Part shown: one piece after another, positions 1-12,631 of the stretch | Position numbering within the stretch: the stretch's first letter is position 1 | Layout of the letters: each line of letters starts with the position of its first letter | Notes under the pieces: generated by a model | Seen by the model: only the letters and a program-made list of their open reading frames with translations | The model's database searches: none | What the model was told of the DNA's origin: nothing | Made by a program: the position numbers and the translations under genes | DNA from: Microthyrium microscopicum | Lineage: Eukaryota | Reading direction: 5' to 3' | Assembly (NCBI GenBank): GCA_010405405.1 | Contig: MU004232.1 | Location: forward strand, 2,611,038-2,675,037 | DNA: 64,000 nt

Positions 1-165
1 TCCAACAGCCGACTAGGCGAGCGTATTGACGAGGACGCTGTGACGCCTAGCAGCTATTTTGCTGGCCCAGGTAGTCGGTCTGGCAGTGGACGGTCGACGC
101 CGACGGGCACGAAGATGGCCATTCCGGATTTTGTGTTAGGGGTCAGTAAGGAGCGATTGATCTGA
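1..165 (+). CDS. 3' end of an unidentified gene entering the window (...SRSGSGRSTPTGTKMAIPDFVLGVSKERLI*)
   Basis: Frame 1 is open from base 1 to TGA at 163-165 and is followed by T-rich 3'UTR-like sequence. Confidence 0.6.
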   Translation, partial: SNSRLGERIDEDAVTPSSYFAGPGSRSGSGRSTPTGTKMAIPDFVLGVSKERLI

Positions 166-684
166 GCCAAACTATGAAAAATGGGGCTTCAGGATTTTTC
201 TACGTTGGTTTGCATGTTGACGTGTTTGTTATGGGGCGTTTTCTGGATGCATTTATTATTAGGATACCCACGATTTGGCTGATGACTTTTCCCTTTTTTT
301 GAAACAGCGAGGACAATCTCGTAGCATATATTTATTGTATATATCTTAACTTTTATGAGGCGCGATTTAACGGCCGCACAAAGCAACGACTGCAGAATGC
401 AATGAAGACAATTATATACAATTAGACTTTCTAGCATGCTAACAATACTCCAGTGACTGCAGAGCCATGGGCAGTTTCAATTAGTCCAAAAACCAGTCGT
501 TGACTTGGATGAGAACATGATAATTGCCTCAGTACGGACAAGGTTTTAGTCAAACAGCATAACTGTCTATCTTCCCTGGAGGTTCCTGGGACATAAGACC
601 TTTAACTATTTTCCAAAATGGATAGCGAATACGGCTCACTCTTCAAACCGTCATATCGATGCGGTGATGGCCCATCGTTACAGT

Positions 685-1788
685 TCACCGCACAGCTTTC
701 TCTTTCGCAAGACCATAAATCCCACGGGCCTTGATCAACGACTCCCCAATCTTCACTGATCGCTCACCCTCTGGTAAACATACCGACAGATCTGTTACTT
801 GTTGTTCAAGTAGTTCCCAGAATTGCTCGTTATCCTTTTCTGTCATTGCCATCAACTCAGCCCGCTTGCCTTCGAGAATTTGTTTTTTCGCCTCAATACG
901 ACCAGTCAGCTTCTTCATATTCTTCCTCAACGTAACGAGCTTTGTTCGCCGCGACTTGATCAATTTCCGTCGAACCTTTGGATCAGCCTTATGTTCCAGC
1001 GCCTCCATCTTCTCAGACAGAAATTTGACATCATCCATGGCAGAAGAAAAGTCATGAAGAAGCCTATACGGTCCCGTCACAAATGGCAACGCCTGCCGTA
1101 GCTCAATCAACTCCTCTTTCGACGGACACGCCGGAAACTCGTTCTTGGTAATAGGCGCATGATAGCCCGTGAAGAGGCCAGCTTTCCATATTCCGTCAAC
1201 CTTCTGATAAGTTGCGCGCGAAGAACAGCGTTCCTTCTCCAAGAAGACATTATGCACAACAGTATGCGCATTCTCGAATTGCGCAAGCAGCAAATCCAAT
1301 CGTGGTCGCAAAGGAATGGGCAACTGCGGCCTTGATATCTGCCATGGGCGGCGCCATGGGCGGGAAGTTTCTTGTGGAATTTCGCTCTCCGGGACAAGGG
1401 CAGGGCCAACATCACAAATGGCGTTCCCTAGGATCCAGATATTGCGGATGTGTTTTGCGTTGCTGAGGTTTAGAGGTGGTGCGATTTTGATGGCCTGCGC
1501 TGTGCTGCCGGAAAAGCCATGTTCTGGAGTGCGTGTCATTTGGAAATTGAGAGCTTCTTTGGCTATGAAGCAGTGGGTGGAGTTCCAGCGGAGGTCGAGA
1601 ACGAACCAGGACTTGCGCAGGTATGTGAGCTCAGATTCGGATCGTAAGGTTGGGCCGGCGTTGTGGATTGCGGCGAGGGTTGGGAGGTCGAGCATATCGT
1701 AGATCATCCATCTGAGTTCGAGGGGAAGAGATAGGAAGCGAGGAAATGTTTCTGGAGCGTCCGGTTGCATGATTTTCTGAGGAGGCAT
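685..1788 (-). CDS. Hypothetical protein with N-terminal F-box-like (2EXR-type) motif and C-terminal coiled coil
   Basis: Long ORF; motif FPRFLSLPLELRWMIYDML shortly after Met at 1788 (ORF could extend to 1947); K/E/R-rich helical C-terminus. Confidence 0.65.
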   Translation of the reverse strand: MPPQKIMQPDAPETFPRFLSLPLELRWMIYDMLDLPTLAAIHNAGPTLRSESELTYLRKSWFVLDLRWNSTHCFIAKEALNFQMTRTPEHGFSGSTAQAIKIAPPLNLSNAKHIRNIWILGNAICDVGPALVPESEIPQETSRPWRRPWQISRPQLPIPLRPRLDLLLAQFENAHTVVHNVFLEKERCSSRATYQKVDGIWKAGLFTGYHAPITKNEFPACPSKEELIELRQALPFVTGPYRLLHDFSSAMDDVKFLSEKMEALEHKADPKVRRKLIKSRRTKLVTLRKNMKKLTGRIEAKKQILEGKRAELMAMTEKDNEQFWELLEQQVTDLSVCLPEGERSVKIGESLIKARGIYGLAKEKAVR

Positions 1789-2817
1789 TTTGTCTGAATG
1801 AGAAGTTGGGGTTATCGCAGGTTCAGTGGAGGTTCTGCAGTATCCAAAGCAACATAGGTCGCGGCGCGGAAGATTTGGAGTTTGCCGATACCTCATGTTA
1901 TGAATTGCGAGGTGAAGTTGAGAGATTGAGGTAAAACGTGACCCCATGCAGTCTCACTTGAGGTAGTGAGGTGACAGTTGCAGGAGGACAGGTGCAGTAG
2001 AGGATTGAATGATGGGAATGATATCAATGCTAATAGAAAATAAGGCTGAGTTGTTGAGGCCTGCTTTGAGCATATATTGATATGCATGTCTCTACTTTCT
2101 AGGCTACCGCGGCGTAGCTGCCTTGAGTAAAAGTAGAGTACAGAAGTAACCCTGTTAAGCTTCATCCATAACCAGACATGAGAATAAGATAACGCTTCTA
2201 ATTCTTAGCTAATTGAGCTTGGTAGAACACTCACTTGTGAATCTCAAGACTTGTTGCTAAATACTCTACAAAACTTCAATGCTCGCAGCGATTGATATAG
2301 AGGAGGTAGGTGCCGCATCTACTGCCAAAGACAATAAACTTTGCTCAAATATTGTGTTTCCTTTTTCGGGGCTCTATTTCCATCGACTTATATTTTTCTG
2401 CGAGAGAACAAGTCCATATAAAACGGAACAGAAATATTTCAACGCTAGCGTACAGTATCCTAAGAGGGAGGTTACACATTCGTCAACACAATGCCTTCCA
2501 AGGCTTGTGGTTATTGTGATGTACAAACCTAATTACTTACTATTATTTGCGAACTGAAATTCGGGAGCGGCCGATGAGGGATAATGAATACCCCACAAAC
2601 TGCAATGACAACCACTAACCCAGTGACTAGTTGCATATATCAATGAAGTTTCTCGGCTTGTGTTCCTTCTTCGAGGTAAGTGTGATAGGTCTGCATGCAC
2701 ATAACTGCCGGGGCCTTGAATCGGTGGATTCAATTGTTCCTGAAGTATTCGTTATGCCCACAAAAATTATGCTTCTTGGAGAGTTTCTAGATAACCTTGT
2801 AGACATTCGTGTTCAAC

Positions 2818-4735
2818 ATGCAGCAAGTCGAGGTAAACAATGGTGAAGCCATTGAACTGAACCCTATTTCAGACGAAGCACGACAAAACAAGAGTGCCCA
2901 ACAGTCAATACAGAATGATGATTCAGAAGCATATCCGGAGTCTTCCAAGTTATTCTTCATCTTATCTTCGCTGTGTTTAGCAGTGTTTCTAGTGTCTCTG
3001 GATGAAGGGATAATAACCACGGTAATCACTGCAACTTTATGTCGGAACTACAAGACTTATTTTGTCAATTTAGGCTATTCCAAAGATCACAGACCAGTTC
3101 CAGTCATTGTCTGATGCGGGTTGGTATGCATCATGCTATCTTATCACAGTGAGTGCCAAATTATAGATCTCATGGCGACCCTCTGACAGTATGATTAGAT
3201 GTCCACCTCGCAATTGCTGTTTGGTAAAGTGTTTTCATACTTTCCACTCAAGACCAGCTATGTAGTCTCCATAGGTAAGCATATTCGTTCAGTTTTGCGC
3301 CAATTAACTTACCCATGATGTAGCCATATTTGAGCTCGGCTCGCTGATATGTGGCGTGGCTCCCTCGTCCAGCGCTCTAATCATCGGACGAGCTATTGCG
3401 GGCATAGGAGGCGCTGGAATAATGACAGGAGCTTTCGTCATTATTGCAGTTTCCATTCCTTTGCACAAAAGAGCGGTGTACTTGGGCTTGATCGAAGCTG
3501 TCTTCGCAATTGGATCGGTAGCTGGCCCGTTGCTTGGAGGCGTGTTCACTGATAGTAAACTGACTTGGAGATGGTTTGAATTCTTAACACGCTCATATAC
3601 ACCACGTGCTGATGGAAGTTAGGTGCTTCTTCATCAATTTGCCTTTTGGCGTAATCGCGGCTGCTATCACGCTCTACGCCATCAAAACTAAAGCCTCAAC
3701 ACCCCCGAGTCAGCAGAAGTCTATAATGCAGAAGATCAATAAACTCGACCTTCCTGGACAGTTTCTTCTGCTACTGGCGCTTTTTTGCATTCTCTACTCA
3801 CTGCAGATGGGTGGAGTCGTCTGGCCATGGAACAGTGTCAAGATAATCATCCTTCTGGTGCTTGGAGGTGTCTTCTCACTGGCATACATTGCGTTTGAGA
3901 TATGGAAGGGCAATGATGCTGGATTGCCTCCGAGAATAATAGGCCAGAGAAGTATAGCTTTTGGGGCCATCTTTATGGCCTTTCTAGCTGGGTGCTTGTT
4001 CACATTGATGTACTATGTGAGTCGATAGTAACCTCTCCATGGTTTTGCTTTTACTGATCATGATAATAGATTCCAATTTGGCTCCAGGCTATCAAAGGAG
4101 TTTCCGCTGTTCGCTCTGGCATTCTCAACCTGCCATTTCTGCTTGGCGTCATGGCCACTTCGCTCACCAGTGGCGCTTTAACTTCGTTCGTTGGCTATTA
4201 CAATCCATTCATGATTGCCAGCGGACTGTTCATGGGCTTAGGTGCTGGCCTACTCTTCAGCATCACACCCGATGCCAAAGAAGGCATGTTGATCGGATAC
4301 CAACTTCTTGCAGGCCTAGGAGTCGGCCTAGGCATTCAACAGAGCAACATGGCTGCCATGAGAGTCTTGAGTCCAGAAGACATTCCTGTTGGAGCCGGGA
4401 TTATGCAATTTGCTCTGACTCTTGGTGGTGGTCTCACCGTGGCTATTGCACAGACAGTTTTCCAGAACACCCTCATCTCGCTTATACAGGCTCGAGTTCC
4501 CGAGATTCCGGACGCCGCGAACTTTGTGGTCAATATCGGAGCAACGGAGCTCAAAGCACAGGTAGAGAAACTTGGAGGTCCAGCACTGGTGGTCGAAGTT
4601 TTATTGGCATATAATTCTGCGATTCTAAAAACGTTCCTGTTGGCCACAGTCATGGGCGCTGTTGCTATACTTCCTGCGCTGTCGATGCCATGGATGTCTA
4701 TGAAAAGGCGTAACATGGCTGCAAGTAATACATAG
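2818..4735 (+). CDS. MFS drug/toxin efflux transporter (DHA2, 14-TMS type), multi-exon
   Basis: Exon translations: [79 protein letters not shown]; several GT-AG introns. Confidence 0.92.
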
Positions 4736-4820
4736 CACAAGAATAGAAACTCGTCGTTGTTTCATCAAATCGTTATGTCGTAATATATGCGCGTCGTCTA
4801 ACGACCATCGTCCTCCGAAG

Positions 4821-5479
4821 TTACTTCATGTAAGCAGGCGTTTCTGAGTACGGCCCCGGGTCAGCCATTGCTGTGTCAAACTTTACGTGATGAGTTGAGA
4901 ATAGGATGTTCGCAGGCTCTGCTGTGAAAGAGCCTTTGTCTGAGATGGACTCTTTTGATGAGTCCGAGTCGTCTGGATCTTGAGAACCTAATCGGTCTTG
5001 AACAGTTCTGTTTCTTATTAGCACGGCCTAGATATGAACCAACTTAGAGCTTACTCCATGGCTTTCCAGCAGCTTGTAAACCTCTCAATCATTTCATCCA
5101 ATCGTTGCAGGAAACTTGGCAAATCACGCCGGGCGATTTGCTGCTTCATACTCAATATCCAGCGACCAACAAGAGGTTCGACTGCTTTCTGATAGTCCTG
5201 GCAGAGAGCTCTCGAAAGCTCGACGTATTGCGAGAGTAGGTTTCCAGTCGTGTGCATCGAGACTTGAGAGGAATAATCCAGATCGACACTAGATCTCTTG
5301 ACTTTTCTGATAGTTCTCCAGTACTCAAATGAAGCCAGCTTCAAAACCCCAATCATCGTCTCCAGACGTCTTTGAATCTCCGGGAAAATGTCATGCTGAG
5401 GATATTTGGTGCATAACGTTTGCGTCAAGAGGACCTGCTCTGAGGCTATTCCATGGACTTCCCGCAAGTTTTGCTTCAT
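4821..5479 (-). CDS. Hypothetical protein, two exons
   Basis: ORFs 5051-5479 and 4821-5024 are joined by a probable intron ~5054-5008 (GTAAGC...GCTAAT...CAG). Confidence 0.5.
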
Positions 5480-6197
5480 GTTGATGGTTGAGAGAAATCA
5501 GACTCGAGTACTCAGTAGCCAGTTGAGCAAATCCATCAGGTTCCCTCATTCTTTTTATGAGAGAGAAGGTTGCCTACGACTCCGCCCCTCAGCATTCTCG
5601 TAGAGTTTAGATTTGAGGGAACCTTGGTGGCTGAGTCACAGCCGCCCCCAATTTCAACCGACTTACTGAGCCCCCGCCTCTTGTCTCATGAGTCCTCTTC
5701 CATCATAGTTAGGTGTTCTATATTCCCTCTCGTGGACTGAAATGAGCGGTGATAGGGGAATTAGTCTTGTCAAAGACAGGATCTGGGCGTTGTGAGCCGT
5801 GTCTTGGGCGACGTGTCTGGCAAGTCTGGGAGGCTGGGCTGGCTCCACCAACACGACCATCTTCACGAGACAATGAAGCTATCACAGACAGTTTCACATC
5901 ATATGTGTACCCCTCGAACCCTCTTCGCGATTGCGTCCGTGATGGGAGTAGATTACGGGACTAAAGAGTTATGAGGCGTTACGTCATCTATCTTCGCGGT
6001 TGCAATTTGCCGGTGCCGCCCCGCCCGTTTGTTTGTTTTCAGCTTTACAACGCTGGCGCTGTCAACTTGTCATGTACTCTAGTAGAGTAGAAGATATAAA
6101 CGCACACCAGTCCGGTATCGCTCAAGCCGTGTGAATTCAAGCTGCGTGAACATTCTCGGATATAACAGGCGTAGGATTTCCATACATCGCAATTTCG

Positions 6198-7430
6198 ATG
6201 CTTAGATCCCACCATCTCCTACTTCGATCAACAGCGAAATCCATCTCTTTTCTCCATCAGGGCCAAAGTCTCCATTGCAATTCTCGAAAAGGTGCAGCAC
6301 TCACTACTTATCTTATATGACTCGTAATCATCAGGCTGACATTTTCCAGGTCTGATCAGTACAGCAACCCGCAACGCTTCAAGAATGGCAAACATTCACA
6401 CTCCAATTCCAGCTTTGAAGCTCAATGACGGCACATCAATTCCCATGCTGTCTTATGGCACGGGAACTGCTCGATCCAAGCGTGGCAAGGCTGAAGAGGA
6501 AGTTGATAGGGAAATAGTTGATGGCTGCAAACTTGCCATGAAGCTAAACTACACCCATTTCGATTGCGCCGAAAGTATGTTTACAACTCTTAGCTAGTCA
6601 TTCAGATACTAATTGGTGACAAAGGTTATCGCAATGAGGTAGATCTTGGTGTTGCAATCAAAGAAAGCAAAATCGATCCCAAAAATCTCTACATAACCAC
6701 AAAGGTAAGCGTTTACCAGGGAAGAGGAGTTGCGATCTAACAGATGGCAGGTCATGCACAGTGTTGGCGATATTGATTCAGCTATCAAAACTTCACTCAA
6801 AAAGCTACAGCTGCCAAAGGTTGATCTCTATCTCATTCACGCCCCGTACTTTGCGAACGAAGGAAAGGACGAGCAGAAACTCCAAGAAGCATGGAAAGCT
6901 ATGGAGAAAGTTCAAGCCGACGGACTTGCAACTTCAATCGGAGTCAGCAACTTTTTGCCCGCTCATCTTGAAGCGATTATGAAGACCGCGAAGGTGACTC
7001 CAGCATGCAATCAAGTCGAATTCCATCCTTATCTTCCCCGCAAGGATCTAGTCGCTGCCAACAAGAAGTACGGCATCGCTACCGCGGCCTACGGACCACT
7101 ATCCGCGGTCACAAAGGCAGCGCCTGGTCCAGTGGATGATGAGCTGGCATCTCTAGCGAGGAAGTATGCTGTTAGTCCAGCTGAGATCTGCCTTCGATGG
7201 GCGATTGATCAGGATGTCATTGCAATCACCACGAGTGACAAAGAACAGCGTCTCAGCGACTACTTGAGAGTGACCAAGTTTAAGCTGACGCCTGAGGAGA
7301 TTCGCCGCCTTTCGGGTAAGTCAAGACTTTTTGATCTTAGTCCCAACTAACATATTCATCAGAAGAGGGAGACAAGAAACATTTCCGTGGATTCTGGGGA
7401 GCAAAGTTTGCGAGCGACGAGCGTCTCTAG
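6198..7430 (+). CDS. Aldo/keto reductase, with possible N-terminal mitochondrial presequence (core starts at 6385)
   Basis: LNDGTSIPMLSYGTGT, HFDCAE, VDLYLIHAP, IGVSNF, NQVEFHPY motifs; introns ~6292-6349, ~6575, ~6704, ~7316; stop TAG 7428-7430. Confidence 0.92.
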
Positions 7431-7908
7431 AGTAACAAAATTCCTTTGCGAAAGTGTATACCAACGCAAGTGAGACTTGCGAAATGAGATAGATGTATTT
7501 TCTCAACAACCTGAAAATGAGGTACGCTTTAGATATCCGATGCGGATTATGCCCTGTCGTAAGAAGCGGTGAAAAGTACCGCTATATATGCTTCGTGAAC
7601 CCTCTTGTTCCAACATACAGCATGATGCCAGGTACATCTAGTAGGGCACCAACCACCAGTGCTACCATACACAGTAGTCGCTTGACATTTTGGTGACCAA
7701 TGCGAGATTAGGGACCGATTCGCTATTCCCAATATAGTATTCGCTATATTTCCTACCGAGATATAGATAACTCAAATTGATAGATGATCTAGTAGATCTG
7801 TGCCAAAAAAATGCGCTATCATTTCTTAGGTCTTCCTCATTCGAGATATTGACCAGGCCAAGCGCATCTTCCTCTTCTTGCGCCAGGTACGAAGGAGAGA
7901 CTTGGGAT

Positions 7909-8902
7909 ATGCTGCCCACAATCAGCATTGCCTTGGCTCTAGTGGCGACGGCGTCTTGTCAAGGGTATTGGCAACATGGCCCGACTTTTGGCTGGCGAGG
8001 AAGATCCGGCAGTGGAAAGGCTCATATCGTGAAAGCGGAAACGACTTTATGGCCTGGAGAGCCACCAGCTCTGCCAAAGACGAGTAGCGGTCGATATGAA
8101 AGTGCTAGAGTCGCTCTTTGGCCCGGTTTGGACTCTGCGAAAGGGATATTGATACAACCAATTATTGTGGCAACACAGCCAGGCGAATATGCGTAAGTTC
8201 TAATCATTGCTGCATGAAGCTAGACGCATACAAAGTTTCATTCCTCTAATATTCTGCACAGAGGTTGTTCTGGAGAAGGGCGTTGGTGTGTTTTCGCGAG
8301 TTATCTACAAAGCACGCAGAGAATGGGAAGAACTGCCTCAATGAGTCCAAACGACTCCTTAACCATGAAATGTAAGTCAACCCTTTCTCATTATGGCTGA
8401 AATGAAATAAAATCCTGACATGTCTTTCAAGTTGAATACAAGCCCGAGGTCGATGGATACGATCAGCAGTTATTTCTAGCTGGGAAAATGGTCTCACAAA
8501 TCACATCAAGTGAGCTTCTATACCAAACAACTTACTTTGACATAAGCTAACAGAATTTGAAGAGAGCTCAGGCAAATCTCAATCCTTCTATACTGATGTA
8601 GAGTGCCAGCAACAAGTCCATAGCCGGAGTGTTAATGAACACAGTAAGTTTATGGTGTACTCAATTACATCTAGTGCTTATTGTTTACAGAATATACCAA
8701 CACTGTCATCACACTTTCCGAAGCAGATCCCAGCTGGGGAAAGAAGCCTTCAAATCATTTCATGGCTTGTGCGGATTCGATCACAACACCAGATAACGGA
8801 CTGACCTGGAACATTCCCACGATCACTGTCAGCAAGAGTCAGGCGCCTAGTCATTATACGGCAGGCTCTCATCCTCCTGGTCCCATTATATGTCCTTCTT
8901 AG
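7909..8902 (+). CDS. Small secreted hypothetical protein, multi-exon
   Basis: Signal-peptide-like MLPTISIALALVATASCQG; GTAAGT donors at ~8193, ~8372, ~8644; last exon encodes ..WNIPTITV..PIICPS*. Confidence 0.7.
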
Positions 8903-9279
8903 CGTTTTTGAATATAATTACATCGACGTTCATATGATCAGATTAATACGTCTAAACAGACAACGGCCTGACAAGATGCATGGCATTCTCCCAACGCCTG
9001 CGATGTCTACCATATACTCTCCTCATTACCTGGTGTTTTGTTTCCCTTCTGATGCTTAAAACTACAGATAATCCAGCCAATACGATGGGAAATAGAGCAT
9101 TCTCTCATTAGTAGCGGTAGTGGGAGCCATCTTCCTTAGTGGGCTTGTGCCATTTATTTCGTCACTCGGTTGACGGACATGTAGCGGAAGATACCACCTA
9201 TGAACAGTCTTGATAGCAAGCAGGTATTCCTCCATTGACGAGGATCTTAGGTAGCCTCTGAAGCTGATAAGGAAATGAG

Positions 9280-10290
9280 TCAAAGCTGGATCAAATCAAA
9301 GTCTTGTTCTCTGAGCTTCTTCTCGCTAGTTTCTCTCCATTCAGTCCAGTAATGAAGTGCCACCTGCCGGATAGTCTGCCTGTCCGCTGGGGAAGTCGTA
9401 TTTACCGGGCCACCAAACCAACGAGTCTCATGTATAATCTTGACCTTGTATCCTGCTACGGCCTCGACCATGCTCACAATCTCTGGCCGATCGGGTATCA
9501 AGTCATTTGTCTCTATGACTGTGCGGGCAAACAGAGTTTTATCCCACGTTTTTGGTTCGAACAAAAATTCGGCGGTTGGTACGTTTTCAAGCAGATGATC
9601 ACAGAAGCGCCTCCAATCAACATGTGCCTCGAGCTCCTTCATCAGAGAGTCGGTGGAAGATCGAGACTTTGCATCGACCGGAAAATTCCATTCGATACCC
9701 GGAATCCTATTTCTGTTTCGAAATAACCTGGCTAGCTGGTCGACTTGGTGTTTCCTGGGATTGCTCACACTGTAACAGGGTAGGTAAAAGTAGTCCGGAG
9801 CATGTAGAGGGCTTCTTCCGGACCTCAAGGCAGCCCGCAGAATTCTAGTAAATAGTTCTTGGTCTTCCAGCATCCATTGTGCGAAAAAATGGTCCCTAAC
9901 CTGCATCAAACGTCTATGATTCCAAGGATAGCCCAAGAACTCTGGAAATCCCATCACACGAGGTATACACCAGAATCTTGGTGTTGAATTGTAATCGTGA
10001 ACAATTTGCACCAGGTCGTGGAAGTTTTCTGGTACTGGCAATGTGATCATATCCGCGTTGTCCTTCCTGCCAACTAATCCCAAGGAGAACGTCATGCGGT
10101 GTGGTGGAACATTCTGTTTGACTTTCCAAATATGGGTTTGCCAATCGCGTTTGGGTTTGGTAGAGCCTTCACCAACCACATTGTCCGCATCCCTTCTGGC
10201 GGTCGTTGACTCCTTCTCGTCGGCATACGGTTTCTGATTGTGGATATCGTCTGGCTCACCTCTAGACTTTGAGGATATCGATTTGTTCAT
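9280..10290 (-). CDS. Hypothetical protein (336 aa, intronless)
   Basis: Long uninterrupted ORF with protein-like composition; no family recognised. Confidence 0.65.
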   Translation of the reverse strand: MNKSISSKSRGEPDDIHNQKPYADEKESTTARRDADNVVGEGSTKPKRDWQTHIWKVKQNVPPHRMTFSLGLVGRKDNADMITLPVPENFHDLVQIVHDYNSTPRFWCIPRVMGFPEFLGYPWNHRRLMQVRDHFFAQWMLEDQELFTRILRAALRSGRSPLHAPDYFYLPCYSVSNPRKHQVDQLARLFRNRNRIPGIEWNFPVDAKSRSSTDSLMKELEAHVDWRRFCDHLLENVPTAEFLFEPKTWDKTLFARTVIETNDLIPDRPEIVSMVEAVAGYKVKIIHETRWFGGPVNTTSPADRQTIRQVALHYWTEWRETSEKKLREQDFDLIQL

Positions 10291-10852
10291 GGCTGGATCA
10301 TATGGCGGATGGTGGGTTCAGGGCGGTGGCACTGGAAAGCGAGTCTGTGCAAAACAGCCAGAGGCGGGTATCGATGTTTGGAGAGAAATCCTGAATCGAA
10401 CACCGGAAAAAAATGGAAGTAGGAAGCTGAGGTAAGTTGTAAAGCACGTGCGATAAATCAGCTCAATATTTGATGTGTAGCAAGAGTTAGGGACCTAGTG
10501 TAGTAGTTTTCACGAGGGAGGGCTTATAAGGCTGCCAAGGCAAGGCTGATATGTTACAGCCAATGGTCTGCTGACTAAGTGGCTAGTGCTAAGGACCTTT
10601 TATCCTCAAACTCAAGCTGCTCATGAGAATCCCGTGCACTATTGCCTGAATCATCCATCGACTCTTCTACACGTGTCGCGACATTCATCACATCACTTCT
10701 CTGCTTGTTTGAAGGTATCTGGAACCATCTGGCATACCTCGGATTAGTCTCAGAAGTCACACAGGTAATCGGCACCTATAGAGCTTCATAACTGTTGTGG
10801 ATGCGCCAGCTTCCTCCAGCATAGCAGGTCCAGATCCGACCTTTAAGTTATC

Positions 10853-12631
10853 ATGGCTGCGGCAAAAATCAAGGAATCCAAGAACCAGCGGAGGCGGGCG
10901 CAGAAGAAGGCAAAGAAACTCGAGGTCAGTTGCGCCAGGTTGTCTATTATAAACCACCATACTGATTCATCGCAGGCGATCAAGACTCCTGCAACAGAGT
11001 CTACCGTACAAGATGATAACGAAGTACCTTCGGATTCCGATGCCCAATCCGATTCAAAAGTCAAAGCCGAATCTATACCTCCTCCACCCTCATTCTCCAT
11101 AGACCTCGATACCGATATTGAAGAAGGCGACCCACTCTTTGAACAATTTAAAGACGTTTTAGACAAGTTTCAAAGAGCTGGGGAAGATGCCGAAGCTGCA
11201 GCAGAGGAGGCAGACAAACCTGAGGTGTTCTACGATCAGGATGATGAAATACCTGATGAGGAGGACGAGAAGCGGCCGAAAATGTCGCGCAAAGAGAAGA
11301 AACGTCTAAATCGCCTTTCCATTGCCGAACTTAAAGCGATAGTAGAGAAACCGGACCTGGTGGAATGGACGGATACTTCTGCACCCGATCCAAGATTACT
11401 CCTCGCCATTAAAGCTCACCGCAATGTCGTCCCTGTTCCATCACATTGGGCTCTCAAACGAGAGTACCTATCATCGAAACGAGGTATTGAAAAGGCAGCT
11501 TTCACTCTTCCGAAGTTCATTCTAGATACTGGAATTGCGGAAATGCGTGACGCGGTGCTCGAAAAACAAGCCGAGCAATCCCTAAAGCAAAAGCAGCGCG
11601 AGCGCGTCCAACCAAAGATGGGCAAGCTGGATATCGACTACCAAAAGCTTTACGAAGCCTTCTTTAAATTTCAGACCAAACCAGAGTTGACAAGATATGG
11701 TGAGGTTTACTATGAGGGAAAGGAATATGAAACAAATCTCAAGCATTTGAGAGCAGGCGAGTTAAGCGAAGAGCTCAAAGCAGCACTTAGTATTCCACCC
11801 GGTGCTCCTCCACCTTGGCTCGTTAATCAGCAACGGCATGGGCCTCCTCCGGGCTATCCTGCATTGAAAATACCTGGGCTCAATGCGCCTTTACCACCTG
11901 GTGCAGACTGGGGCTATCACCCTGGCGGGTACGGCAAGCCACCTGTTGATGAATACAATCGGCCGCTTTATGGCGGTGATCTGATTGGTATTTTGCAGCC
12001 TCAGCAAAACCAGCAAATGGGTGAACCTATCGAGAAGTCACTGTGGGGAGAATTGCAAGCACCGGAAGAAGAATCTGAAGAGGAGGAAAGTGACGAGGAT
12101 GAGGATGAGGATGGAGATGATGATGATGACACAGGCATGCAAACTCCAGGAGGCCTTGAAACACCTGGCGGCTTTGCTTCAGCAGCTCCCTCGGAAGTCG
12201 CAGGCACCGAAAGTGTTGCTGGCGAATTCACCTTGCGCAAACAAAAACATGGCACCGAGACTGAAGAGACGCCTCGATCTGCATATACCGTGCTTCCTGA
12301 GCAAGCAATTAATGCTAAAGGATTTTTCGGCAGTGACAAGGTTTACGACATCAAGGCCGCACAGCAGGCCAATCTCCCAATTCTTGGTCAAGAAGATAAT
12401 AGACGGAAGAGAAAGGCTGGTGACGTGGATGTTTCGGTAGACATTGATGCTTTGGAAAGAGAAGATAGGTTGAGCAAAGATGAGATATCCAAGCAGTATG
12501 ACTCGCAGCGCCAACAACAAAGCAGCTCGAATCCATGGGCTCGTGTAGATCAAGATGACTTGAGCCAGATGATTGCAGATGAGGCCCGCAAGAGGCAGAA
12601 AAAAGATGAAGAGAGGCGAGGTAGACGGTAA
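10853..12631 (+). CDS. SF3B2: Splicing factor 3B subunit 2 (SAP145/Cus1)
   Basis: VPVPSHWALKREYLSSKRGIEK, RERVQPKMGKLDIDYQKLYEAFF, PSP domain PPPWLVNQQRHGPPPGYP; 51-nt intron 10925-10975. Confidence 0.96.
   Translation: MAAAKIKESKNQRRRAQKKAKKLEVSCARLSIINHHTDSSQAIKTPATESTVQDDNEVPSDSDAQSDSKVKAESIPPPPSFSIDLDTDIEEGDPLFEQFKDVLDKFQRAGEDAEAAAEEADKPEVFYDQDDEIPDEEDEKRPKMSRKEKKRLNRLSIAELKAIVEKPDLVEWTDTSAPDPRLLLAIKAHRNVVPVPSHWALKREYLSSKRGIEKAAFTLPKFILDTGIAEMRDAVLEKQAEQSLKQKQRERVQPKMGKLDIDYQKLYEAFFKFQTKPELTRYGEVYYEGKEYETNLKHLRAGELSEELKAALSIPPGAPPPWLVNQQRHGPPPGYPALKIPGLNAPLPPGADWGYHPGGYGKPPVDEYNRPLYGGDLIGILQPQQNQQMGEPIEKSLWGELQAPEEESEEEESDEDEDEDGDDDDDTGMQTPGGLETPGGFASAAPSEVAGTESVAGEFTLRKQKHGTETEETPRSAYTVLPEQAINAKGFFGSDKVYDIKAAQQANLPILGQEDNRRKRKAGDVDVSVDIDALEREDRLSKDEISKQYDSQRQQQSSSNPWARVDQDDLSQMIADEARKRQKKDEERRGRR

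Noticed and set aside
2818..7430. MFS pump plus reductase as a secondary-metabolite cluster
   Set aside because: No PKS, NRPS, terpene synthase or cluster transcription factor in the window
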